A stretch of DNA of 60,292 bases, the filler included, from Asterionella formosa (lineage: Eukaryota), in assembly GCA_002256025.1 (NCBI GenBank). It is 7 parts of 7 records of this genome, joined end to end, with 100 filler letters (N's around TTAATTAATTAA, not from the genome) between each part and the next. Parts side by side here need not be neighbours in the genome. Positions count along the whole stretch, not along the records: positions 1 to 8,538 come from NKIB01012071.1; positions 8,639 to 17,174 come from NKIB01012072.1; 5 more parts are not named here. One strand, written 5' to 3'. The translations under genes were made by a program, and so were the position numbers. Under the pieces are notes generated by a model, which did not search any database, was not told where the DNA came from, and saw nothing but the letters and a program-made list of their open reading frames with translations. Numbering within the stretch: position 1 is the stretch's first letter; each line of letters begins with the position of its first letter. Below, piece by piece: positions 1 to 10,903 of this stretch.

Positions 1-609
1 GCCAGCGTAGTGTTTACACAATACATATATAATAACAAGGAAAAACGACACGACAATGAACGTGATGGCTGGTTGTGGAGGATACCGGTATGTGATATGC
101 ATCAATCCATATCACAAATCATATTATGGTGATTTACATATCAACGCATCTGTATACTTAGATCCTATTCACTATATAATACAATCATATCAATTATTTG
201 TTTTTACTGTATACATTATAAGTCGAATATTTATTTTAACTAATATTTTTTATGATTGATCAATCTTTCTTCTATGATGTATTGATAACCTTTGCGTACA
301 TATTTTATCCTATTTATTATCGTTGTATTTTTTTTTAACATAATCATATTTTGATTAAAAATATATCCTAAACATTTTATTAAATCATCATGGTTCCATG
401 ATCAATATATCATAGGCATGTGATATACTTTATTCTATATTACGTATCATAGTTTGGTGATCTATGCATTGAAGTAACCCTATCGTGATATCACATTATC
501 ATCTTATCAATCATTCAATGTTGATTGGGAAATGTAGTATTCTGCATCGTACTACGGAGTATGATATTATAACACGCACTTTAGTAGCTAAGTCACTGCT
601 GTAATGTAC

Positions 610-1120
610 ACAAGTCGACAGTGTACATACTACACACATGCTAAGCAGGTTTGAGGCAATGGACAGTTCCAACGAGCAAATGACGACGATATGGGTACCT
701 TTTTTTTCTAGCGGCAAACCACAATGATGAAGGCAACTTGTCCCTCTATTGATGATGGCACGGACACCGACTTTTCCAGGAGCAAACAACAATGAAGAGA
801 GCCACTTGTCGCTCTATTGATGGTAACAAAGATGCGGACAAGTTCAACAGTGAATACAAGAACAACATACCAATGAAAACAAGTCGACAGTGTGTGTATG
901 CACAAGATAAGCAGGTTTGAGGCAACGGACAGTTCCAACAAGCAAATGACGATATGGATATCAAATTTTTCCAATGGCAAACCACAATTATAATGATGAA
1001 GGACATTCGTCCCTCTATTGTTGATGATGGGTTTTCCATGACCAAACAACAATGAAAAGAGCCACTTTTCGCTCTATTGATGGTAACAAAGATGCGGACA
1101 AGTTCAACAGTGAATAAAAG
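610..1120. repeat. Imperfect tandem duplication, unit about 260-270 bp
   Basis: AAGTCGACAGTGT...TAAGCAGGTTTGAGGCAA recurs at ~612 and ~881. CAAACAACAATGAA...GATGCGGACAAGTTCAACAGTGAATA recurs at ~783 and ~1042. Confidence 0.9.
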
Positions 1121-1820
1121 TACAGCATCCCAAATGCGGATACAAGCGATATGAAAAAGAAATTGTACTCAGCCAGAATCATTCTATAACTATAACTATG
1201 TGGACAACAGTCTGTTACATTTTCGTATCTCCTTCTATGCTGAATCTCAATAGTAGATGTAGTGTCGTATCATGTGAGAATTGAAAATGTCAACGAGAAC
1301 AATTAGAATGTGTTTGTTTATGGGTTGATTGGCGAGATTGTAATGCTGTTGGTCGACGAAACGGATTTACTATTTGCGCTGTGTGCGGAACCATTCCGAG
1401 TTCGAATGATTTCTTCTCTGTAAACTCTTAATTGAATGATTATAAGCATAGGTTCACTGCACATGACGATTACTCAAAGATATAATGATCACTTGACCAA
1501 CAATTGAAGACGTTATCGCAAACAATCATTCCACTTGTCATCGCTAGTATTTCATTGTTGTTGCAAAAATCAGAGTGATGACAGATGGAGATGACGAGCC
1601 AAATTACATTACTTTAGCTGGTACATTATCCTACCAAGAAATTCAAATGCAGGAATCTAATAGAAACAATACTTATAATAATAAAACATACATAGTCAAA
1701 AGGGTTACTATTTAAATTACAAGGGAATTTATCAAAATTATTAGATGATAGCTATAACGAAAAATTATGATCAGATGATCACAATTTTATGATGCATCAT
1801 GGGAATATGATAGTTTTTAT

Positions 1821-2270
1821 TTGCAGACGATAACTGATGAGAAATACAATAAAGTTGTGTATAACACAACAGGAGCAGGAAAAGCTAGATCATGTGAAAT
1901 CACTGATGAGAAATACAATGAAGTGGTGTATATAATTAAAAATTGGGATAATCCAGAGATACAACGACAACATCGAATTGGTTATTCACTTGTAAAAAAG
2001 TATACAGTGAGATCAAAGAAAGATGCAGAAGTCAATCTAATAAAAAATCTCTATGTTATCAGGAGGGAGACGAAGAAAGCAGGAGATAATGTGGGCAGAA
2101 AGCTTCTTCAGTGCAAGGAAATGTTCGATGGCATGACTATATGATGCTCACTATAGTCTTGGTCACTTGAAATCAACTGTTATATGGAGAGATTTGAAGC
2201 ATCATGTTTACAATATCACAACATAGCACGTAAATGCGTTTATCAGTGTGTGTCCTGTGTATTTTTGCCC
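1821..2270 (+). pseudogene. Relic of an integrase HHCC zinc-binding region (Ginger/KRBA2-like transposase)
   Basis: After ORF 1821-2144, shifted frames read YDAHYSLGHLKSTVIWRDLKHHVYNITQ and then HVNAFISVCPV, matching H-x3-GH...YNIT...F...CPxC. There are frameshifts and stops, and no DDE core follows. Confidence 0.55.
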
Positions 2271-2274
2271 ATCC

Positions 2275-3750
2275 TCAAATTCTAATTCTAAAATTTAAAG
2301 GAGCCCAATGTCCTACACATTCTGGTGAATTCCGTGGTCGCAGCCATGAAAATTGACTTAATTGATTATCGCACAATGAAAATTGCCATTGTGCTTGGTA
2401 TAGCCATTCTTTATTTTGGATTGCTTCCATGTCCTCCGGTGAAGCTGCTCTGCTGGGTGGTTGCATAGGTGTATCTGTGTAGTATCTGTCTTCCGCTTCT
2501 GATGTGGGGCTGTATTCTGGAAGTGATCCTTCTGAGGGTTGCTTGGGATGTGATTTGTGTGGAGGCCAAGGATGCTATCGACGTTTTCTTTTTCATTCTT
2601 ATCCCTAAGCTGGCCAAAATTCTTGGGCTCTGCCCAATCGCACTCTTTTCATTGAGTATTGTGGCAGAGCCAATCCCCCATATTCTCTCGTAAGAGTACT
2701 GTTAAATGACGACGCCCTCTTGAGTGCCTCTAGCTCATTGGCAGCTGGGAAAATTATTACTGGAATGCCCGAGACTGTGTAGTCTGTGTCGCATCATAGT
2801 AGCAGGCATTCCTTGTTGCATCTACCGCCTTCAACAACTTATACTGACAAAAAGTTGTAGTCTTCCCATTAATTCTTAGACATGTGTCTATATCGGTGAA
2901 GCCTGCCATTAGTTTTGTCCTTGTTGCTGTTGTGGTCAACCACTTCTGTTGATAATAATACCGGGCTATTTCTTCATGATCCAGTTTGGCGGCAAAGTTG
3001 AGGGCTTGGTATCCTACAAACCCTATGGAGTAATCCGATCGGATTGAAAAATCTTAAGAATTGCATTGTAGGTGTCCTGTGCTGTATTATTTCCAGCGCT
3101 AATACCATAAGCATACTAGGGATTCACATCAATCCCAAATTTAGAGAATTTGACTCCCTGGCTTCTGATTTGGTAGTCGAGTTTGGTTGCTAATTCTTCC
3201 CCCAGAAGACTGTAAATCCACTGCCTTGTTCTTTCTAAGGAGGCAATAAAACCGTTTTCCCAGAGATCCATCCCAATTGCTCATTATCAATACTTTGTTG
3301 TAGAGAATATTTGTCTAAAACATCCTGTTTTCCTTGAGGAATGGAAGGATATCTCGTTTCATGGTAGTGTATCCTTTCTGGGATTTCACGTTGATATTTG
3401 CATCTATATACTGCCATTTCATGACTTCTTTCATCTTGATATATCTGCGATGATCAACCAGATTGAGTTTAAACACTGCCTGATGTGAAATCCAGCTGTT
3501 CCCTGTTCCAGCACTAGCAACTTTGTTGTTATATCTTTATCATGCATTGCCTTCAACATCTGATAAGTTCTGTTTGAATATCGCCAATTGTTCCACAAAG
3601 TTGCCATTCTGTGGGACTATTCCTCTAACTTTAGTCTTCCATCTGATCATACTTGAACCACTGTGACTTCTTGGAGTGACATCCACTCTTTTGTGACTTC
3701 TTGGAGTGACATCCACTCTTTTGTGACTTCTTGGAGTGATGTCCACTTTT
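2275..3750 (-). pseudogene. Degenerate ORF, probably ORF1 of a non-LTR retrotransposon
   Basis: Chain of broken minus-strand ORFs (RWKTKVRGIVPQNGNFVEQL, DILPFLKENRMF, QLGWISG). It aligns by eye with the broken ORF at ~32480. The LINE assignment is inference. Confidence 0.4.
3662..3750. repeat. 30-bp minisatellite, 3 copies
   Basis: Unit TTGTGACTTCTTGGAGTGACATCCACTCTT, encoding KRVDVTPRSH repeats on the minus strand. Confidence 0.95.
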
Positions 3751-5332
3751 TAAAAACTTGTATACCATCATTTTTTTTTGATGAGCCGGCTATTTTTCCC
3801 TTGATGATGTCAAGAGTGAAGCAGCAGAATTAGTGGATAGTAGCTTGCTTATTATTCAAATCAGTTAAGACATAATTTATACTAAAGCAAACCATTTAAA
3901 TATTTGTGTATGTATAGTAAATTATCGATCTTAAATGTAAATTGTTACAAGTTCATTTTTATGTCATTATATTATAAGAAATTATGTTGAAACACAAGTA
4001 ACAATATGAATATTCAATTTGCACTATATAATTAAAACTGGTAAGAAAAGGAGGAATGAAAAAAAATTGAATCAATTGCAGCTATATGGCGCCAGCAGCA
4101 AAAATCAACCTCTGTCCCCCAAACCAATATTCGAACCAACATTCTTACGACCATAATTCTAGTCCATTTCTTCTCCTTCTTTGTCTCCATCGCCATATCC
4201 CTCTAAGTTTTCTAAGAGAAGTCCATGCCAATTTGATTCCTCACTTGCTTATAGTCGCTCTGGTAGTAAACCTTTTCATTCTAGCGCTGCTTTCCCCCTG
4301 TAAGTTTTTTTACTATTAGCTAAGTTTTCTCTCCTATGCTTGCTAAGAGAGAGTATTGGCCGAAAATGGGGTCAGGCGTCCCCATGTTGCTCGAGATGGG
4401 CAAAAGTGAAAGTCGAAAAATCCCCAAATCCTTTTTGAAACCTAGTTGCCAATTTTAATTTACCAAATATATATAAATTATCCATGGATCGATAGCTTTA
4501 GGATGTCGCACATTGGGGTAGTTGAGCCGGAGAAAATCGTAAGAGTCAAAATGGCACCAGATAAAATTTAAGAATCAACGCAATTGTTTTTGCCCAGAGG
4601 GAGTATCCAATATCATATACATAGCACATCAGTAAAATCTAGCAAGCAAGAATATTTACAAAGGACCATGTACTGTGCACATATGGATCAGCCGCCATGC
4701 TGGGGGAAGATACCCATAACATGTATCAACATCGTCCTAACATTCATGTGGTAAACATTTCTTGTCATGAACAAACTCGAGCAATATCCATTTATGACGT
4801 GATACTATTATCCTGAACAGTGTCGTCCTCATACTGTAAATCACATTGACTAATAGTTGCTCAGCATAAATGTAATCAAAATTTTCCTAGCCACTGTTGT
4901 CGGATACCTGTAATCAATTACTTTTCTTGCACGCTTCCCAATAGCTGCCTGAAGAATTGATGACAACAACAATTTCATGGAAAAGGCATTTCGTGAAATA
5001 TTTACCCAAATTTAACAATATGGATATATTAATGAATTTCGGGGTTTTATTTGATGAAGGTTGTATTTTTGAAACTTCCCAACTTTGATCTATACTAAAA
5101 TGTCGATAGGTGAATCTTCTGTGTTGACAATGTTGCTGGAAGGACTGCAATTGAGTTAGTTCATCAATGTCGATTATTTCAAATAGTGTATATAAAATGT
5201 TCTATAAATGCATATAGATGTAAAATGTGAGTCATTTTTTCTCAGCAGAAATGAATCGATGGACAATAAAATATATTCAGTGATCATGAATATCCTGTGT
5301 TGTGGATAAATTAGTCTATATTGCTAAGAAAA

Positions 5333-5430
5333 TGGCTTAATTGGTTGAGCACATTGCATTTCATCTGAAGTTGTGTGGTTAGATTCCCGCAAATATTTTA
5401 GAAGGAATTGTTGGGTTCGACTCCCACATG
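5333..5430 (+). other. Degenerate tRNA-like Pol III promoter, possible SINE head
   Basis: A-box TGGCTTAATTGG at 5333-5344, B-box-like GGTTAGATTCCC at 5377-5388 and a second B-box GGTTCGACTCC at 5414-5424. No intact cloverleaf. Confidence 0.45.
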
Positions 5431-6024
5431 GTCATGCCTGATGTGCAAGAAATAGTGGGTTTGCCCCCCTACAAGCAGCTTATGCTGTCTTCCTAGGCAG
5501 TCAGAGTTTCCCCTAATGCTGCGGCTAAGACAATCAGTTTTTATGAAAGGTGGTTGGGGATTCACCTACACTAACAAAACTAGGGAAGAACAGGTCATGT
5601 TGGCAGGTAGCACAATGAATACTTGCCTTGAAAAAGGGGAGTACAAATGGGCTATAAAACAGATTTCTCTCTTAGTCTATGTTGCTAATATTTGGTAGGG
5701 GTAGAGTACTGGTTGGGACCTGGTACTCTGGCATGCAAATAGTCAAGTAATGTGTTTACAGCGACATACTCATTTATAAGCCTTGATTTTAGCTATGATG
5801 GTTGCGGTTGCTGTATTAGTGAGCTTTCTGAAAGCAAGCAATATAAAAATCAGCAGGCAGGAGTTTGCTATACTCCACTGCTGGTGAAGTGTTGTACTTG
5901 GTAGATGTGACGGCAGTCAGAAAATAATAGACAATAGACTACTATGTCCCTGAATAATTGATACAGTATCAAGCCCATTGAATGGCGAATTTTGGCCTTG
6001 CAATAATGAAAGCCTCTTCAACTT

Positions 6025-7818
6025 CTAAGCTTGACAAAGCAAGATAAGTAGTATAACAGCAAATGCAATCCTGAGCCAATCTTCTGTCAACCACTGTAAC
6101 CATTGGTTTAAATTCGAACCGAGTTTACCAAAGATGTGGCTCCAATTGATGATGGGTTTTGCATTGAGAACGTACTGCTCGTATCGATGAATTATGGCTC
6201 GCAAGATCTCATCTTCGTCCCGAATCGCTTGCGGGTGAAAGAGCATATCAAAAACATACAATGTTGATCGTTTGGCGATTTCGCGGCACCTGTCTGGATT
6301 ACTTTGGGCCCATCGAACTTGGTCTGCGACATTTGACATGTTACTGTGGACAGGAATATAATGTACATAGGGTTCTAACAAATCCTCCATGACCCACGTA
6401 GCATAAGTGGCATTAGCAAGGAATACAACAGAATTACTGAACATCATCCAAAGGAGATTCATGGAAGAGTCCGCGCCTTCGAGTGACAACAAGTATTTGT
6501 GCTTCAGTATCGCGTCAATTGTCAAAGGTTTAGAATAAAAGGAATCAGGGAAAATTTTTTCTTGTTCTTGATCTGTATGCATGATGAATTTTGCGTCCAC
6601 AAATGGATGGCTTGCATAATTTTTCAGCAAGGCAATGGGTTGCTGCATTAAAGGTAATTCAGAACCAGTATTTGCCATTGCCGTTGGCACATCTGTGAGT
6701 AAATTGCCTCTCCAAACTAGCTTTCCTTCTTTCGTTTCAAACGGAACATCAAATTCTGGAACTTTTATAAGTGTTTCCATTAATGCATCTCGTTGCAAAG
6801 GCCATAAAATTGTCGTGTGCTGTGATCCACATTGAGAACAATCCTTGTCGTCATCAAGTCGTCGATGCCTTTGGTACTCCCAATCCCTTTCTGCCAATAA
6901 ATCGCGAACTCTACTGAATACTGGTGTCTGGACATTCCATTGATTCGTCGCCTTGGTTGTTCCAATTCCCAATGACCAAAGAAAGGCTTTGGTCGGGTAA
7001 TTTGATTGCTGCCATCGTCGGAAAATCATGGGCCACTCCATGATCCACCCTAGAAATCCTTCGTAGAATAAAATATTCCACATGCGAGTCCAAGTTGATA
7101 GTTGATCATTTGATTTAACCAGTAGGGCAGCATCAAGCAAGTCTCGTATCGAGCGCCGCACCATTGCCGACATGGGACTGTCGGCGTTGCACGCTTGTAT
7201 TAATGCATAATCGTCTGTCTTGGTGTATTTGCCTAAACTGCAACAAAGCAATAGATCTGGATTCATGTCGAGCGGATTGACAATGGGTTCGTAAGCCAAT
7301 CTCTCAGGATTCCAAGGTGAATCTTGCGTGGTAATCTTTAGCGCTTGGTATTTGTCATTCCAAAAAGGTCCAAATGGAGGCTGCGGCGGTTCACCCTGCA
7401 AGGCTGGTTCATACCAGTACCCCATATAATGCTTGATCCTTGTTTGTACGGAAGGAAACCGATTTGGCCTTCCCCTAAGATCAGATATCGAGGGAGAAAT
7501 GTAAGTAGGTGGCAATGGCCATTGTCTCCGTGATCTCCACGTGCGAAAGGAGGAAATGGCTTCGTTCATGCAACCGGCAGATGTAGGCGCCCCCAATAAC
7601 ATAACATGGAGCACAATAAGTACGAGAGCCACTCGTCTAGTGTGCGGCGAGTCCATTAACAGGTATGTAAATGATTGCCAGCGAAGTGACCGCCACGGAA
7701 ATTTCCGTCGTTCCTTGTCGTCATTGTCCGGATGAAGCGCCTTGTTGAGCGTCATTGTTGGATCCTGGCAGTCATCACAACAATCCAGCTTGCTGGTTGA
7801 ACGAACAGCACGACGCAT
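6025..7818 (-). CDS. Glycosyltransferase family 90 (CAP10/KDELC-like), membrane anchored
   Basis: Motifs KLVWRG, KHKYLLSLEG, LLWMMFSNSVVF and LEPYVHYIPV. Hydrophobic segments near both termini. First ATG taken at 7818; start uncertain. Confidence 0.85.
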   Translation of the reverse strand: MRRAVRSTSKLDCCDDCQDPTMTLNKALHPDNDDKERRKFPWRSLRWQSFTYLLMDSPHTRRVALVLIVLHVMLLGAPTSAGCMNEAISSFRTWRSRRQWPLPPTYISPSISDLRGRPNRFPSVQTRIKHYMGYWYEPALQGEPPQPPFGPFWNDKYQALKITTQDSPWNPERLAYEPIVNPLDMNPDLLLCCSLGKYTKTDDYALIQACNADSPMSAMVRRSIRDLLDAALLVKSNDQLSTWTRMWNILFYEGFLGWIMEWPMIFRRWQQSNYPTKAFLWSLGIGTTKATNQWNVQTPVFSRVRDLLAERDWEYQRHRRLDDDKDCSQCGSQHTTILWPLQRDALMETLIKVPEFDVPFETKEGKLVWRGNLLTDVPTAMANTGSELPLMQQPIALLKNYASHPFVDAKFIMHTDQEQEKIFPDSFYSKPLTIDAILKHKYLLSLEGADSSMNLLWMMFSNSVVFLANATYATWVMEDLLEPYVHYIPVHSNMSNVADQVRWAQSNPDRCREIAKRSTLYVFDMLFHPQAIRDEDEILRAIIHRYEQYVLNAKPIINWSHIFGKLGSNLNQWLQWLTEDWLRIAFAVILLILLCQA

Positions 7819-8243
7819 CTTCTGAATCTGAACCAAAACAAGCAATGCCAATACTAATCATGAATATACTCAGAAGTCGTATAATGGTGATGGGTTTTGA
7901 GATCATAACATGATGACTGGGTGCAATGACTTGCGAACGACAGCATGGCTGATGGTGGTCATTACCAAATTCCGCTATAGACTAACATGCATGCTGATGA
8001 TATAAACATGAAAATCTAAGATAGCTATGTAGCTGATTTTTAAGGACACTTCGACATTTACGTTGGCGAGATATGAACAAGAGACATACAATGAATTCTA
8101 CACAAGAGTGTAACACAGAACGGAATCCAGAATCCGTTCGTATGCCATACTTGATGTCGAAAGAATAGGGCAAAAAATTATGAAATACACAATGCATATA
8201 TGAAATCGTGCTTGGATTTGTACGGTTCACCCGGTATGCATAT

Positions 8244-8538
8244 TACGAACGTACCCGAAAATAAATCAACTCTCAGCGCAACCTTTTATGGCCATACATA
8301 TAGTCGTAGCTGTGTACTGCACTGGTAGTTAACTAGCCCCTTCGACAAAGCTCGCGATGTACATATACCGGTACTTGAGTACAGGGTAGACTGGGTACCA
8401 GGTACCAGTACATATAGTCGTAGCTTTGTTGTGCACCGGCACCTTCGACAAAAAAGCTATGTAGCGATGTACCGGTACTCGTTTAGACTGGGTACCTGGT
8501 ACCAGGTACCTGGCACATAAAGTCGTCGCTATGTAGTG
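8244..8538. repeat. Dispersed repeat, copy 1 (copy 2 at ~34004-34200)
   Basis: Shares TACGAAYGTACCCGAAA...AATCAACTCTCAGCGCAACCTTTTATGGCCATACAT...GTACTGCACTGGTAG...CTTCGACAAAGCTCGCGAT with copy 2. Also duplicated internally. Confidence 0.85.
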
Positions 8539-8638
8539 NNNNNNNNNNNNNNNNNNNNNNNNNNNNNNNNNNNNNNNNNNNNTTAATTAATTAANNNNNN
8601 NNNNNNNNNNNNNNNNNNNNNNNNNNNNNNNNNNNNNN

Positions 8639-9333
8639 TCCGTTTTGGTTGTTATCATGACAAGACCATAGCAAGATTTTATGCCACAATCACAAACTTT
8701 CGAAGCAAATCAGGCAAACATTTGGAGCAACAGTGTCTGGTAGTACTACAAACAAGATAGAACTGAGCGATGGAATTGAGAAGGGTTCCCATTTTATTTG
8801 TGATGGAGGATATCATTCACGGCCTCAGCTGATAGTTCCCTACAAGCATCAGCTCGATGATTCCACAGAAGGGCCTTGGAGCGATAATCTGGAATCAGCA
8901 AGAAAAGACGTGGAATGTTTCTTTGGCATTCCTAAGAAGAGGTGCATGATCCTCAAGAATCCAATGCAGCTGGCTACACAACAGAAAGCAAATTAGGAAT
9001 CATGTTGTGATGACTTGCTGCTATATTCACAATAAAAAATATTTTTCTTTTATATGATGGGTATGATGATTGGAAAGAATCAATTGGTGATGATGATGTT
9101 GAAAATGCAGTTGATTGAGTGAATGATGAAGATGATCTCCCAAGAGGAACAAATGAGTGTGAAGACATGAGCATCACATGGCTCAAGCTTTAGAAAACAA
9201 TTACACAGAGTATGCTGTTGACACTATTGATGCTCAGACTTTAAGTGACAAGTAAGCATATATAAATAGGAGAGCGAATTTAGTTCATTACTGCAGACAG
9301 GCAATCGAAAGAAATGAAATTGTGTGGAGCTAA
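8639..9333 (+). mobile_element. PIF/Harbinger DDE transposase fragment (pseudogene, 5' part lost in the gap)
   Basis: HFICDGGYH...WSDNLESARKDVECFFGIPKKR matches the DxGY and R..VE..FG..K.R motifs of the DDE_Tnp_4/plant transposon nuclease family. Stops follow. Confidence 0.85.
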
Positions 9334-9353
9334 TTAAATATATAATTATTAAA

Positions 9354-10230
9354 TCATTCACAAATGCTACCAGTATTTTCATTGTCCTTCTCCTCTAATG
9401 ATGAGTTTCTGTCATCAGGAGAGCATACAACATCAGCATTCAATGTTTTATTGATGAAAGTTAATTCATCTGAATGGCCAGCCAGTACTGGAAATGCTAC
9501 TGTTTCCCACCTCGAAAGCAGTTCCAGTACTACTAGGAACAGATGCAGGAAAGGCATTAGCAATGTGAATCTGAAGGAGGCGTTCCCAACTAGGTAAGTT
9601 TGCAGACTTGGCCAATGTGATTGCATTCATTTGATTCTTCACTTTAATATTGTCTGCCAATGTCCTCATTGTAGCATTAGCTCTCATCATTGCAGCTCTA
9701 TTCCTCTCATTAACAAGATCCTCACTTGTTGATCTCTTTGATACCAATGCCTGTCTCTTTGCATTCCTAGCCTTATGCCTCTGCTAATTATGGCTCTTGA
9801 GTTCATATTGTTTCTTGTTTTAGTAATTGACTTGTTCTTGATAAACACCCAAACATGTGGAAGGACCCTTTTGATTGCAGCTTTGTCAGAATCTTGTGTT
9901 TCACCACTCACCAACTTATAGTGTGGTTGCCACTGATTGATAAACTGAGACTTCAGGTCTCTGAATACAGCCCAAATACTTAACCCTTGTGGCATCATCA
10001 AAGTAGTGAAGTTTGCATAAAGCAAAGAATGGCGAACCACTGCCTCCATGGATTCCTAACATTCAATCCAGATTCTTCTTCATTTGATTTGTCTAGTATG
10101 GCCTTGAATGCACCCACTCTTTGGTGGAATTCTGTCTCTATTTGCTTGCAGATGTCCTCCAAGTTAGTCACTTTGCGAGATGAAATTGAAACACCAGACT
10201 CGAAAATAATCCAAGACGAAAAGCTCTGAT
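9354..10230 (-). pseudogene. Probable accessory (second) ORF of the Harbinger element, convergent with the transposase
   Basis: Frameshifted chain of ORFs 9687-10049, 9466-9747 and 9354-9626, tail-to-tail with the transposase. This is the typical two-gene Harbinger layout. Confidence 0.55.
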
Positions 10231-10903
10231 GATTTTCTTTTCTCTGTCATTGAGAAGCTTGTTGCATGCTTCGATTTGAACTGAATGCCTTGCTTGAGTA
10301 GCAAGGATATCCATTGGTTCTTGGATACTAGGCTGTTGATGATATTGTTATGTGAGTAAATCATTTCTATGTAAATGACAATGGCAGCAAATGAACAAAT
10401 AATGTTGGCACACCAATAGCACATACCAGTGTTGATGCAGCCTGTAGAGTAGCTGTGTCAGGATCCATGGGCATCAAGGTATGTTAATAAATCAAGAAGT
10501 CAGCATACTAGAAAGGATCCAAAAGGTTGGTTGTTGGTGTAAAACATCATCGTCAACAGAATCATTAATTTAATATTGAGGCATTGCCGACAGCAATAGA
10601 ACTCTCAAGATTTATCATCGTCAGTTTAACCATCTGACGGAATTCTGGCGCGGTAAGGAACAGCATTTTCCAAGAAGTTTCTAACAACCCCCAAAGTTTA
10701 ATTCCTTCGCGGTGGGAAACGGCGTTTTCTGGGGTCGGAGGATCACTTCCAGGTTCGAATTCCTTGGGAATTGAAAAATTTAGCGGTTTTCCCGGTAAGT
10801 AAGGGGGACGAAAAATCAGTTTCCTAATTCTATGTAGAGACAAAAAGGCGAGATCCCCTCTGCTTTAACTTGATCAAAAATTCACATTATTGTTCATCTC
10901 ACT

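Noticed and set aside
8583..8594. TTAATTAATTAA flanked by N runs (also at ~17219, 25853, 34480, 43105 and 51728)
   Set aside because: Artificial scaffolding linker with stops in all six frames; not biological.
10752..10763. GGTTCGAATTCC B-box/T-loop-like motif
   Set aside because: No cloverleaf or convincing A-box; probably chance or part of a transposon end.
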